DNA of 32,884 bases from Octopus bimaculoides (lineage: Eukaryota), in assembly GCF_001194135.2 (NCBI RefSeq), contig NC_069000.1, positions 16,485,799 to 16,518,682 on the forward strand, written 5' to 3'. The notes beneath the pieces were generated by a model. That model searched no databases. It was given only the letters and a program-made list of their open reading frames with translations, and was not told the origin of the DNA. Positions within the stretch are counted from its first letter, which is position 1, and every line of letters starts with the position of its first letter. Below are positions 1 through 10,281 of the stretch, piece by piece. Both the position numbers and the translations under genes were made by a program.

Positions 1-36
<36 letters not shown>

Positions 37-143
37 GATATGTGCATACCATACGTTCATGTCTGGTTGAACACCAGTGTTAGAGAAGACGATAAATTGA
101 AAAGAAAAGAGAAAGCGCATGACTGTAGTCAAGATGTACTCAC

Positions 144-200
144 CTACAACTCCCATTCGACAATTCAACAATTGTCTTCCTGAACATGTTGGTCCTTCAC
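144..200 (-). CDS. Internal exon of the DEG/ENaC gene (cysteine-rich thumb)
   Basis: 57 nt, acceptor tatttctcgcag| after a long pyrimidine tract, donor TAG|GTGAGT. Only phase 1/1 is open: (G)EGPTCSGRQLLNCRMGVV(G). This matches ASIC1 GDAPYCTPEQYKEC (G..P.C...Q...C, C-x7-C). Confidence 0.72.
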
Positions 201-252
201 CTGCGAGAAATATATGAGAATCAAATGAAGAGAAAGAGAAAAAGAGAGAGGC

Positions 253-301
<49 letters not shown>

Positions 302-369
302 TGCTACTGATATAATTCTATAGGAACTCGTTAAACGCTCAGGTTTCTCTTCTCTTATCTTGCATTTGT

Positions 370-434
370 TTCAGTTACTGGACTGAAGCTCAGCACTCAC
401 TTATTTTGTATAAGTCTGGTTCTTATTCTATCGA
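370..434 (-). mobile_element. SINE tail-module fragment (family T)
   Basis: tttgtttcagtta..gactg and tcttattctatcg match the reverse complement of the 18035-18228 copy. Truncated by a gap. Confidence 0.5.
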
Positions 435-961
435 NNNNNNNNNNNNNNNNNNNNNNNNNNNNNNNNNNNNNNNNNNNNNNNNNNNNNNNNNNNNNNNNNN
501 NNNNNNNNNNNNNNNNNNNNNNNNNNNNNNNNNNNNNNNNNNNNNNNNNNNNNNNNNNNNNNNNNNNNNNNNNNNNNNNNNNNNNNNNNNNNNNNNNNNN
601 NNNNNNNNNNNNNNNNNNNNNNNNNNNNNNNNNNNNNNNNNNNNNNNNNNNNNNNNNNNNNNNNNNNNNNNNNNNNNNNNNNNNNNNNNNNNNNNNNNNN
701 NNNNNNNNNNNNNNNNNNNNNNNNNNNNNNNNNNNNNNNNNNNNNNNNNNNNNNNNNNNNNNNNNNNNNNNNNNNNNNNNNNNNNNNNNNNNNNNNNNNN
801 NNNNNNNNNNNNNNNNNNNNNNNNNNNNNNNNNNNNNNNNNNNNNNNNNNNNNNNNNNNNNNNNNNNNNNNNNNNNNNNNNNNNNNNNNNNNNNNNNNNN
901 NNNNNNNNNNNNNNNNNNNNNNNNNNNNNNNNNNNNNNNNNNNNNNNNNNNNNNNNNNNNN

Positions 962-994
<33 letters not shown>

Positions 995-1029
995 GATGGG
1001 CGCCTGGCATCTGGAATAGCTTCAAGCGC

Positions 1030-1490
1030 TCACTGCTCTCTACCAATCGGGCAACTCGGTCGGTAGAAGTTTTACGGTTGCAATATATAGAAATCTAGTG
1101 GCAGGTAAGAGCGATGACATTCTTGGAGAAACTCTAGGTGTGGATGATGTCGAACTAGCTGATCTATTTCGGAGGACTTTCGGGACCAGTACTATCATGG
1201 ATAACTTCCAGAAATCTCTGGCCTGGCAGGGCTACCGAGGAGCACTGTTAGTTCGAGATAAACTCTACAGGTACAGAAGCGCTGTCAGGTAGGACTGTCC
1301 GAGATGTGCACAGAAAGACGAAACCGTTGTGCCTGCACTCGTACAATATCCGAGTATTGCTGACTTGTGAAGTTATGCCGAATAGCTGTTATCAAGTATA
1401 GGACGAATATGACATCGGCTGAATCCATCGCGTGGATCACCCCCACCACCCACCTTTAACAAAGCAGAGCAGGTGGTGCTCCTCTGTCTT
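1030..1490 (+). mobile_element. Degenerate L1/Tx1-clade LINE ORF2 C-terminal fragment
   Basis: One frame reads DNFQKSLAWQGYRGALLVRDKLYR..*DCPRCAQKDETVVPALVQYP, a decayed CxxC..ET..H...C zinc-binding motif of L1/Tx1 ORF2. In-frame stops are present. Confidence 0.7.
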
Positions 1491-1718
1491 TTCTTCCTCT
1501 TGCAGTCTCTATGTACAGTTTTGATCCTTGGTACCTCTGCACTTACGCTTGAAACTCTTCTGCTTATGTAGCGGCATTCCTTTTTTTCTTCTTCCAGATA
1601 CTCGTACATTGACTCTGCGAGTATTTCCAGTCGTTAACTTCCACATTAGCGGCAAACAGAACATCGGCCTGTAATTGTCTAACGTGTTGCCTTTCTCGAT
1701 GTTTTTCAGGCACCGCAC

Positions 1719-1719
<1 letters not shown>
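1491..1719 (-). mobile_element. Degenerate reverse-transcriptase fragment of an R4/Dong-like (RLE-type) LINE
   Basis: KGNTLDNYRPMFCLPLMWKLTTG, MYEYLEE, QKSFKRKCRGTKDQ and KTVHRDCKR across frameshifts correspond to the NYRPITCL..WKL and QKG.R...RGTKDQ RT motifs. Confidence 0.75.
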
Positions 1720-1778
<59 letters not shown>

Positions 1779-1779
1779 C

Positions 1780-1836
<57 letters not shown>
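1720..1836. repeat. (TTA)n directly followed by (TAA)n (inverted trinucleotide tract)
   Basis: Visible in the sequence; junction attattatca|taataat. Confidence 0.95.
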
Positions 1837-2541
1837 GCTCAGATACCAGGAAACCCCNNNNNNNNNNNNNNNNNNNNNNNNNNNNNNNNNNNNNNNNNNN
1901 NNNNNNNNNNNNNNNNNNNNNNNNNNNNNNNNNNNNNNNNNNNNNNNNNNNNNNNNNNNNNNNNNNNNNNNNNNNNNNNNNNNNNNNNNNNNNNNNNNNN
2001 NNNNNNNNNNNNNNNNNNNNNNNNNNNNNNNNNNNNNNNNNNNNNNNNNNNNNNNNNNNNNNNNNNNNNNNNNNNNNNNNNNNNNNNNNNNNNNNNNNNN
2101 NNNNNNNNNNNNNNNNNNNNNNNNNNNNNNNNNNNNNNNNNNNNNNNNNNNNNNNNNNNNNNNNNNNNNNNNNNNNNNNNNNNNNNNNNNNNNNNNNNNN
2201 NNNNNNNNNNNNNNNNNNNNNNNNNNNNNNNNNNNNNNNNNNNNNNNNNNNNNNNNNNNNNNNNNNNNNNNNNNNNNNNNNNNNNNNNNNNNNNNNNNNN
2301 NNNNNNNNNNNNNNNNNNNNNNNNNNNNNNNNNNNNNNNNNNNNNNNNNNNNNNNNNNNNNNNNNNNNNNNNNNNNNNNNNNNNNNNNNNNNNNNNNNNN
2401 NNNNNNNNNNNNNNNNNNNNNNNNNNNNNNNNNNNNNNNNNNNNNNNNNNNNNNNNNNNNNNNNNNNNNNNNNNNNNNNNNNNNNNNNNNNNNNNNNNNN
2501 NNNNNNNNNNNNNNNNNNNNNNNNNNNNNNNNNNNNNNNNN

Positions 2542-2584
<43 letters not shown>

Positions 2585-2882
2585 AATAACGTCGACCACT
2601 GACGTTATTTTTAAAATGTACCTTAATCCCCTGAGATTGCAGATAATATTTCTGAATCTCTTTGATTCTTTAAATGTGCTGGCCCCCTGATAATTAATCG
2701 ATATTAATTAATATATTAATATATGACTAATTACCAGATCTTATAATAATATATATATATATAGATATGTATGTATGTATGTATGTAATATATCTTTCTG
2801 ATCTTCAGATTTTTTCAATATGATAGGCCACTGGTTTTAAATTGATATTAATCAAATTAATATTCAATATTTCCCCTTTATG

Positions 2883-2913
<31 letters not shown>

Positions 2914-3429
2914 ATGTGTGTGTAGGTCTATGTATACACAACGCATACACCACTACGATTCCGCACACATATATGCTCATATAATTCATAATGTAAAAAT
3001 TGTAAAATACACATATAGTTTATATGAGGTGCATTCTCTGATGTACAACTGTATAACTGAAGTAAACTCTTATGATGTGTTTATTATATCAACAAGTGAC
3101 AGCTTACTCGAGTCTCGTCAAGGGGCTGGTCGCGTTCAGCTGCTAGGTGACACACAAGTAAACTATCAATTTTAGACATAAGTACATTCTCTCTCTCTCT
3201 CTCGCTCTCTCTCACTTTCACACACACGTACACATGCATACGCTCACACGTTAAAATGCACGTATCCATGCAAATAAACATTCGTGCAAGTAAATCCACA
3301 CCTATTCCTATTTATTAAAATAATAATAATTTCTTTATTAACCTCAAGGGTTTACATTAAGAAAAAAAATCATTATGGACAGTACAGGACAAAACAAAGT
3401 GTGTGTGTGTGTGTGTGTGTGTATCCTTT

Positions 3430-3630
3430 TAATATTTGCAAGAGGTTGCACCTCTGTTGGTTCAGCTACCCCAGGCAGGACGGTCCTGTGCTTGCATTTC
3501 CCAAGTATCGGGTTTGATCTGAAGGCGCTCACGAATTCATTCATATATTCACAGATCACTGGAACTGTTTTGATTCATACAAAAAAGGCTTGTTCTATTC
3601 TTAATAACCATTCTTAGTGAACATCACAAT
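3430..3630 (-). mobile_element. Degenerate RTE-clade LINE C-terminal fragment
   Basis: IKPDTWEMQAQDRPAWGS*TNRGA matches the RTE WE..A.DR..W motif. Stops and frameshifts are present. Confidence 0.55.
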
Positions 3631-3894
3631 GAAAAACTTACACGTATACATACATGCATCCAAAAATCTAATCAGCTCAATCGACTGGTTGAATAAGCCG
3701 TTAGGCAAAACTTAAAATCCCTGTCAAAAAGAATTTTTCAATCTGTACTCCATTGTTGAGTCTATTATTAGTAAATGTTACGTTATTCTGAGACTTGCAT
3801 TAAAGTAATAACCTTAATGTGACGTTTACTTTCATCTAAGCAAATAACCATCCATCCTACAATTTATCCGTCCCTACGTACGTAGGTACATACA

Positions 3895-3925
<31 letters not shown>

Positions 3926-4464
3926 GCAGGAGTAGTGTGAACAAAGAGTGACCAAAGAGTGACCAAAGAGTATTAGTGTATTTTTTTTAAAGACAGGGCA
4001 GTTGATGCTTTCGTATAACAAGTGAATACTCCACAATAATTTTGAAGTACTATTTAGGGTACTCGTCTCGACTATAGAGAAAATATACGCCATTTATAAT
4101 AAATTCAGCAAAGACCCTAACACCACTTAGTAGTTTTCACAGAAACAAGGATATCAACAGGCTCTGTCTCAGAAAATACGGAAGATAGTGGCTTATAAGA
4201 GCCCAAACATCCGTGTGGTATCATATTGTATCACATAGTCTGTACAATGGAAACAAATACTTTTAACAAAGTGCTTAAAAGTCATCTTGAAAAAAAAAAA
4301 AAATGAGAACTCATCATAAATATCCTTTGTCTTGCAATTATTTCACGCTACTTCGGGACTATAAGAATCAATCCTCCTCATCAACGAGCTGGATTTTAAC
4401 TATCATCAGTTTGTCAGTCCACCTTACGCACGTTTTCGCATCTGTAGTACTTTGCTCGGTGAAA

Positions 4465-4766
4465 GCGCGTGGCTTAGTGGTTAGGGTATTTCACTCACGA
4501 TCATAAGGTCGCGAGTTCGATTCCCGGGGACGCGTTGTGTACTTGAGCAAGACACTTTATTTCATGTTGCTCCAGTCTTCTCAGCTGGCAAAAATGAGCT
4601 GTACCAGTAATTCAAAGGGCCAGCCTTGTCACATTCTGTGTCACGCCGAATCTCCTTGAGAACTACGTTAAGAATATGCGTATCTGTGGAGTGCTCAGCC
4701 ACTTACACGTTAATTTCATGAGCAGACTATTCCATTGATCGGATCAACTGCAACCCATGTCACCGT
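4465..4766 (+). mobile_element. tRNA-derived SINE, family A (tail a), near full length
   Basis: A-box TGGCTTAGTGG (4470), B-box GTTCGATTC (4515), central cttgagcaagacact..cagctggcaaaaatgag domain. The tail is homologous to that of the 24173-24411 copy. Confidence 0.85.
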
Positions 4767-4949
4767 AAGCTACAGAATATCAGTTAACAGTTCGCCTTCA
4801 GTATATTTTTTAATTGATTATGTTTGTCAACAGCCTTCATATCTCCCAGAACGGTTCAACAGCATGTGGCCTGTGGTTTTCAGTTCCTTTTCTGTATTCC
4901 TATTGGTATTCATCTTTAGACTATGTTGTTTCTGCATCCCGATAACCTG

Positions 4950-5080
4950 ACTGTTACATGGCATGACCAACTAGTCGCATTAACTTCAGGTTTGTGACGA
5001 AATTTTCCTTGTGGTCTTTAAGTGTTATATGTGCTTCGCATTTTGCTATGTATTGCATATTCTTCATTCTATCATTAGGT
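4950..5080 (-). mobile_element. Possible Penelope-like retroelement RT N-terminal remnant
   Basis: AKCEAHITLKDHKENFVTN resembles the AFITLKDHKENF.N motif recalled from invertebrate Penelope-like RTs. The match is short and degenerate. Confidence 0.45.
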
Positions 5081-5329
5081 CTTGATGATACTTCGTATTA
5101 GAAATGAAGGCTTCTTCGTTTCTGATATAAACACGATACGAAGACCTCAGGATATTCAGTAAACACCCTTGATGGGAGATATCCAATGTTATTGTGATTT
5201 TTAAAGTTTTCTTCTGTTACAACTACTCACACCACTAAAAGCGCTCACGCCACCACCACAATCATTCATACCACCCCTCGGGCCAATCACATCATCACTA
5301 CAGTCGTTCACGTTATTGCCACTAGGGAA

Positions 5330-5490
5330 AAAAATTGTTAATATCACCACTGCCACTAACACCAGCGTCACAATCACCACCACCACAACCACCACCGCTA
5401 CAATCACCACCACGCCGCCACCACTATAACCAGTACTATCACCGCCGTCGCCACCACCACTACCACCACCACCACCACCATCACCACCAT
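5330..5490. repeat. Imperfect (ACC)n low-complexity tract
   Basis: Visible in the sequence. Confidence 0.9.
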
Positions 5491-5505
5491 ATATAGTATA
5501 CTCAC

Positions 5506-5604
5506 ACTAAGAAATTTCAGGTTGACTCTTGTTGCAAAACCAGGCGACACGAAAATTCCTTCCCTCTTCGCATCGGGTACTTCTTGTGGATGATGTAGTA
5601 AGAT
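5506..5604 (-). CDS. Internal exon of the DEG/ENaC gene (beta7-beta9, palm/beta-ball region)
   Basis: 99 nt, phase 0/0, acceptor tatactttacag| and donor |GTGAGT. Reads ILLHHPQEVPDAKREGIFVSPGFATRVNLKFLS, which aligns without gaps to ASIC1 [27 protein letters not shown] (H, E, P, G, V, PGF, T and V conserved). Confidence 0.88.
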
Positions 5605-6478
5605 CTGTAAAGTATAGTTTCTCTGTAATTCACTGCATACGTCATTTATTTCTTTTAAATTTCTTCCATTTATTTATTTAGTTTATTTATANNNNNNNNN
5701 NNNNNNNNNNNNNNNNNNNNNNNNNNNNNNNNNNNNNNNNNNNNNNNNNNNNNNNNNNNNNNNNNNNNNNNNNNNNNNNNNNNNNNNNNNNNNNNNNNNN
5801 NNNNNNNNNNNNNNNNNNNNNNNNNNNNNNNNNNNNNNNNNNNNNNNNNNNNNNNNNNNNNNNNNNNNNNNNNNNNNNNNNNNNNNNNNNNNNNNNNNNN
5901 NNNNNNNNNNNNNNNNNNNNNNNNNNNNNNNNNNNNNNNNNNNNNNNNNNNNNNNNNNNNNNNNNNNNNNNNNNNNNNNNNNNNNNNNNNNNNNNNNNNN
6001 NNNNNNNNNNNNNNNNNNNNNNNNNNNNNNNNNNNNNNNNNNNNNNNNNNNNNNNNNNNNNNNNNNNNNNNNNNNNNNNNNNNNNNNNNNNNNNNNNNNN
6101 NNNNNNNNNNNNNNNNNNNNNNNNNNNNNNNNNNNNNNNNNNNNNNNNNNNNNNNNNNNNNNNNNNNNNNNNNNNNNNNNNNNNNNNNNNNNNNNNNNNN
6201 NNNNNNNNNNNNNNNNNNNNNNNNNNNNNNNNNNNNNNNNNNNNNNNNNNNNNNNNNNNNNNNNNNNNNNNNNNNNNNNNNNNNNNNNNNNNNNNNNNNN
6301 NNNNNNNNNNNNNNNNNNNNNNNNNNNNNNNNNNNNNNNNNNNNNNNNNNNNNNNNNNNNNNNNNNNNNNNNNNNNNNNNNNNNNNNNNNNNNNNNNNNN
6401 NNNNNNNNNNNNNNNNNNNNNNNNNNNNNNNNNNNNNNNNNNNNNNNNNNNNNNNNNNNNNNNNNNNNNNNNNNNNNN

Positions 6479-6820
6479 TATTAAGTGAGAGAGCAGTGCA
6501 TGCCATCAAAGTGACACTGGGGTAAAATATACGAAGCCCAGTATACCCATTATGACTACCCGTCTGATAAGGGTACACCAGGCACATCCATCACAATCAT
6601 ATGTGCGCGACATGGTGATCTCATATCAAGATAAACAGCGCATGACCTCGCAGGTGGGGGCCCAGTTAGAATTTTCTTCAGCTCGAGTAGCCCATTCCGC
6701 TCAAAAAATCCCTGAATAAGGTTTGTTTAAGGATGTTGGGCAAAACACCCATGTTTCCAAAGGTGAATTATTCAAACCTCAAAGAATTCCTCTCAACACA
6801 TGGCTACGATAGTCCCCCAC
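6479..6820 (-). mobile_element. Probable retroposon 3'-end/UTR fragment, 5'-truncated
   Basis: Non-coding block richer in GC than its flanks, bounded by a gap (starting ta|ttaagtgagagagcag) and a (TTA)n tract. It resembles a recalled high-copy cephalopod repeat; not verified. Confidence 0.4.
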
Positions 6821-6836
6821 TTATTATTATTATTAC

Positions 6837-6924
<88 letters not shown>

Positions 6925-7420
6925 ATTATTATTATTATTATTGTTGTTGTTTATTTATTTTTAATCCGCATGTTTGATGTAATCGTCGGGACACACCCAG
7001 TGCCATAGGGCACGTGAAGGTTAAGACATGTTGAAATATAAATGAAAACTTAGAGAGGAGAAGTGGTGAGGGCTGTACAGAAATACTTCAGTATAATACA
7101 ACTTAAACATTTAAATTGATTTTTCTAAGGATGTGAGTAGAACTTGTCAGCACAATCGTTTGGATTTCCTTGTGGCATGATTCTCCTGGGATGTTGTCTT
7201 GATGCTTCAGATACTCCAACTCTTTTTTATCATACCTAGGGCATCTACAATAATAGGAATAGTTTTTATTTTAAGACATCTTTTGTACTTCAGTTTATAG
7301 GTTCTTATATTTACTAAGTTTGTGAAATTCCTTTACAGATATATTTTTATCAGTGGGAACACATTATATCTACTTGTCTATAAGTATTTTCTTCCCTGTC
7401 TTTAATAATTATATCTGGCA
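6821..7420 (-). mobile_element. 3' end of an R4/Dong-like LINE: restriction-like endonuclease remnant, 3' UTR and (TAA)n tail
   Basis: PDIIIKDREEK, VPTDKNISVKEFHKLSKYKNL, KTIPIIVDALGMIK and IPGESCHKEIQTIVLTSSTHILRK..* (stop at 7103-7105), followed on the minus strand by about 40 TAA units (6821-6940). Confidence 0.8.
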
Positions 7421-7477
7421 ATGCTTAGGAAAAAGTAACAATGAACTCAGTATATTTGATACTATTATATTAATTAA

Positions 7478-7699
7478 CCATTTAGCATTTAAACAGGCCA
7501 TGTCGGGTCATAATATTCTACATGCTTTATGTTCAAAAGGGATAGATATGGACTCTCACACCTATCCAACAATGTCATTCGGGAAAATAAACAATCACAT
7601 CCTCGAAATCTAAAGGCCACAATATAATGCATGATTAATTTAAAACAGTGTGAATAAAAAAAGAATTAGATTAGATAAAGTAATCTCGCTGCTAATGGG
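7478..7699. mobile_element. TTAA-flanked MITE (piggyBac-like ends), 222 bp
   Basis: TTAA at 7474-7477 and 7700-7703. The ends are inverted: CCATTTAGCA on the left versus CCCATTAGCA (reverse complement of the right end). No coding capacity. Confidence 0.65.
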
Positions 7700-7829
7700 T
7701 TAAAAGTTTTATGATTTAATCGTTGGGAAACATCAAATGACATGATGCACCATTGCTCATCTGGATATCCAGATCATGCACTGACGTGATTCCGTGATTC
7801 CAGGGTTGCAATGTCTCCTGATATATACA

Positions 7830-7870
7830 TATGTATGTGTGTGTGTGTGTGTGTATATATACATGTATGT

Positions 7871-7917
<47 letters not shown>

Positions 7918-8154
7918 AATGTATGTATACCTGCTTACATACATCCTTATATATAGAGAGATAGCTATACACACACACATATATATATACATACATAAAC
8001 ATACATATACATACACAGATATACACATACATACATGCATAAATATTAGGCCTGCACTTATAGAAGAATATTTGTATGAATGCCTATTTATAGACTCTTA
8101 ATACACACATACGTATCATCTCTCTCTCTCTCTCTCGCTTTCTCTCTCTCTCTT

Positions 8155-8227
<73 letters not shown>

Positions 8228-8240
8228 TCACACACATCAC
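7830..8240. repeat. Compound (GT)/(TA)/(CA)/(CT) microsatellites in intron 1
   Basis: Visible in the sequence. Confidence 0.9.
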
Positions 8241-8545
8241 ACATAAATGGATTGCCTGTAGATAGGCTCTAATTTAGTTGATAATTAAATGATATCCAAT
8301 TGGATTATCATCTTTAAGAATTATAATTTGAAAGTAAGAGAACAACCAAATAAAATAATAATAATAATAATAAAATATAAAAGACAGATAAAGAAACAGT
8401 AGCGTGCAGTCCTGCATAGGAGTACATTTTACAAAGTTGTCTCTTGTAACCCTGCACTCGATTCAATGGAATTCTGAAGAACGAGAACTAGTTAAGTCAT
8501 ATTTACGTGCGTCTTTGTGCATCCAAGTCATAAATAAACACTCAC

Positions 8546-8700
8546 CCTCGAAGTTTGTATTTTTTGGAATCATACACGTTTCTCACCCCATGGAGACTGG
8601 TTTCTTGACAGAACTCCGACACCAATTCAGGAACTACACTGGGAGTTGTATGTTTATATTCATGTATGGGCGCCTTGTCATTTCCAGCCGGAACATCCAT
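8546..8700 (-). CDS. First coding exon of a DEG/ENaC (ASIC/degenerin-like) channel gene
   Basis: Reads MDVPAGNDKAPIHEYKHTTPSVVPELVSEFCQETSLHGVRNVYDSKKYKLR+GG. EFCQETSLHG matches the DEG/ENaC pre-TM1 F...T(S/T).HG motif. The ATG is in AAAATGG context with an in-frame TAG upstream. The exon ends at a GG|GTGAGT donor (155 nt, phase 2). Confidence 0.88.
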
Positions 8701-8822
8701 TTTTGCGCAATGAAGATTGTTTGCGGTCTATTGAAGCAGTAATGATTGCTTCGCTTTTTGTGCTTGTAGTTTTTTTTTTTTTTGTATGTGTGCTATCTAT
8801 GTTTTTTTTTTTTTGTTATTCT

Positions 8823-8850
8823 TGTTTACATCCTGGTCAATTCTGATTGG
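8823..8850 (-). promoter_or_regulatory. Candidate proximal promoter motifs of the channel gene (CCAAT box and forkhead site)
   Basis: CCAATCAG (minus strand, 8843-8850) and GTAAACA (minus strand, 8823-8829) lie about 125-150 bp upstream of the ATG. There is no minus-strand pyrimidine tract before the ATG, which favours a true first exon. Confidence 0.3.
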
Positions 8851-9099
8851 GCAGATATACAATTAAACACGTTTCAGATAGTTCCAGCTTCCAAGTATCC
8901 TGCCTTTCTTTACGGTATGAGGGTCCCTAGCACTTCTTGGATGCTATGTCTTTGCCCACCCTTTAAATGGCATAACTTGAGGACGTTTTGGTTGCTATTT
9001 CCAACAGGTTGAACGACCACAAAATCGTCCTCTCTTTGGCTATTTAAAAAAATAATTTTGATGTAATCGCTCTTGATACTGGGGTCGGAAACGCAGCTG

Positions 9100-9670
9100 C
9101 CGTGGTAGTATTGGTAGTGTTCTTTTAGTGTTGGTGTTGCTATAGTAGAGACAGATTTTGCTGGTGTTGTTGCATAGCTGATGTCTTTATTGTTGATGCT
9201 GTGGTTGTTTTGGCTGTAATTACTATTGTTATAGTTTTAGGTGGTTATAGTTGCTTTGACATTATTGTTGACGTCGTTATAGCCATTGTTTGTGTTGTTC
9301 TAACGATTCTTGCTGGCAGTATTCCTCTTCTTAATTCTGGTGGCAGTTGTAATGGCAGTGGTAGAGATGGTGTAGTAAAGGTGGTGGTGGTGCTGCTGGT
9401 GGTTTTAGATGTATTGGTGTTGGTAGTGGTGATGATGGTGACGCTGGTAGTATTAGTTTTTTTTTGTTTTGATTTTAGTGTTACTTTTCTTGTTTTATAT
9501 TCTCGTGAGACGGCTGAGCTTACTCTTGCTTTTGGTGGTGGTGTTACTGTGGCTTTTGTTTCACTGTTGCTGTAGCTGTTACTGCTACTGCGAATGTAAT
9601 CGTTCGATTACATATAACGATATAATGATGATGGTAATGATGATGATGACGATGATGATGATGATATGTA
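9100..9670. repeat. GT-rich trinucleotide low-complexity region (GTT/GGT/GAT)
   Basis: Visible in the sequence; source of the spurious Val/Met-rich ORFs. Confidence 0.85.
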
Positions 9671-9782
9671 AGAATTATGTTAATACTTGTTGCTGTTATG
9701 TCGAGTTTACTTAATGAGCAAAACTGAAAGAATATACTTCAATGATCGTTGAAGTAAATCTATCTAAAGTACATTTGATTGA

Positions 9783-9814
9783 CAGATAGATAAATAAATA
9801 GGTAGATAGGTAAG

Positions 9815-9866
<52 letters not shown>

Positions 9867-9867
9867 G

Positions 9868-9898
<31 letters not shown>

Positions 9899-9899
9899 G

Positions 9900-9951
<52 letters not shown>

Positions 9952-10065
9952 TGACTGATAAAAAAAGGAGAGGGCAAAAGAGAAAAAAAAGAAGAAACGA
10001 GAGGAAGATGGAAAGAGAGAGAGAGAGAGACAGAGAGAGAGACACAGAGAGAGAGACGGAGAGAG

Positions 10066-10106
<41 letters not shown>

Positions 10107-10192
10107 TTGACTGATAAAAAAAGAGGGAGAGAGCAACGGAGAAAAAGAGAAAAAACGAGAGGAAGATGGAGAAGGAGAGAAAGAGAGGCAGA

Positions 10193-10281
<89 letters not shown>

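Noticed and set aside
4465-4530. tRNA gene (also at 16801, 24173, 26960-27029 and 28585)
   Set aside because: The A and B boxes run into SINE core sequence and no complete cloverleaf is present.
5231-5321. 91-nt segment with good acceptor and donor on the minus strand
   Set aside because: It is open only in a phase incompatible with the upstream exon, and the Gly/Asp low-complexity content comes from a degenerate trinucleotide repeat.
7745-7817. Possible ENaC beta6 exon reading ETLQPWNHGITSVHDLDIQ
   Set aside because: Only LDIQ matches. The spacing is off, the donor is weak (GTGCAT), there is no EY or AGI(K/R) follow-on, and it overlaps a palindrome and an 8-bp duplication.
8315-8473. Acceptor 72 nt after the exon 1 donor giving a hydrophobic stretch
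   Set aside because: The hydrophobicity comes from a (TTA)n repeat, there is no conserved TM1 Trp or donor, and the frame ends in a stop.
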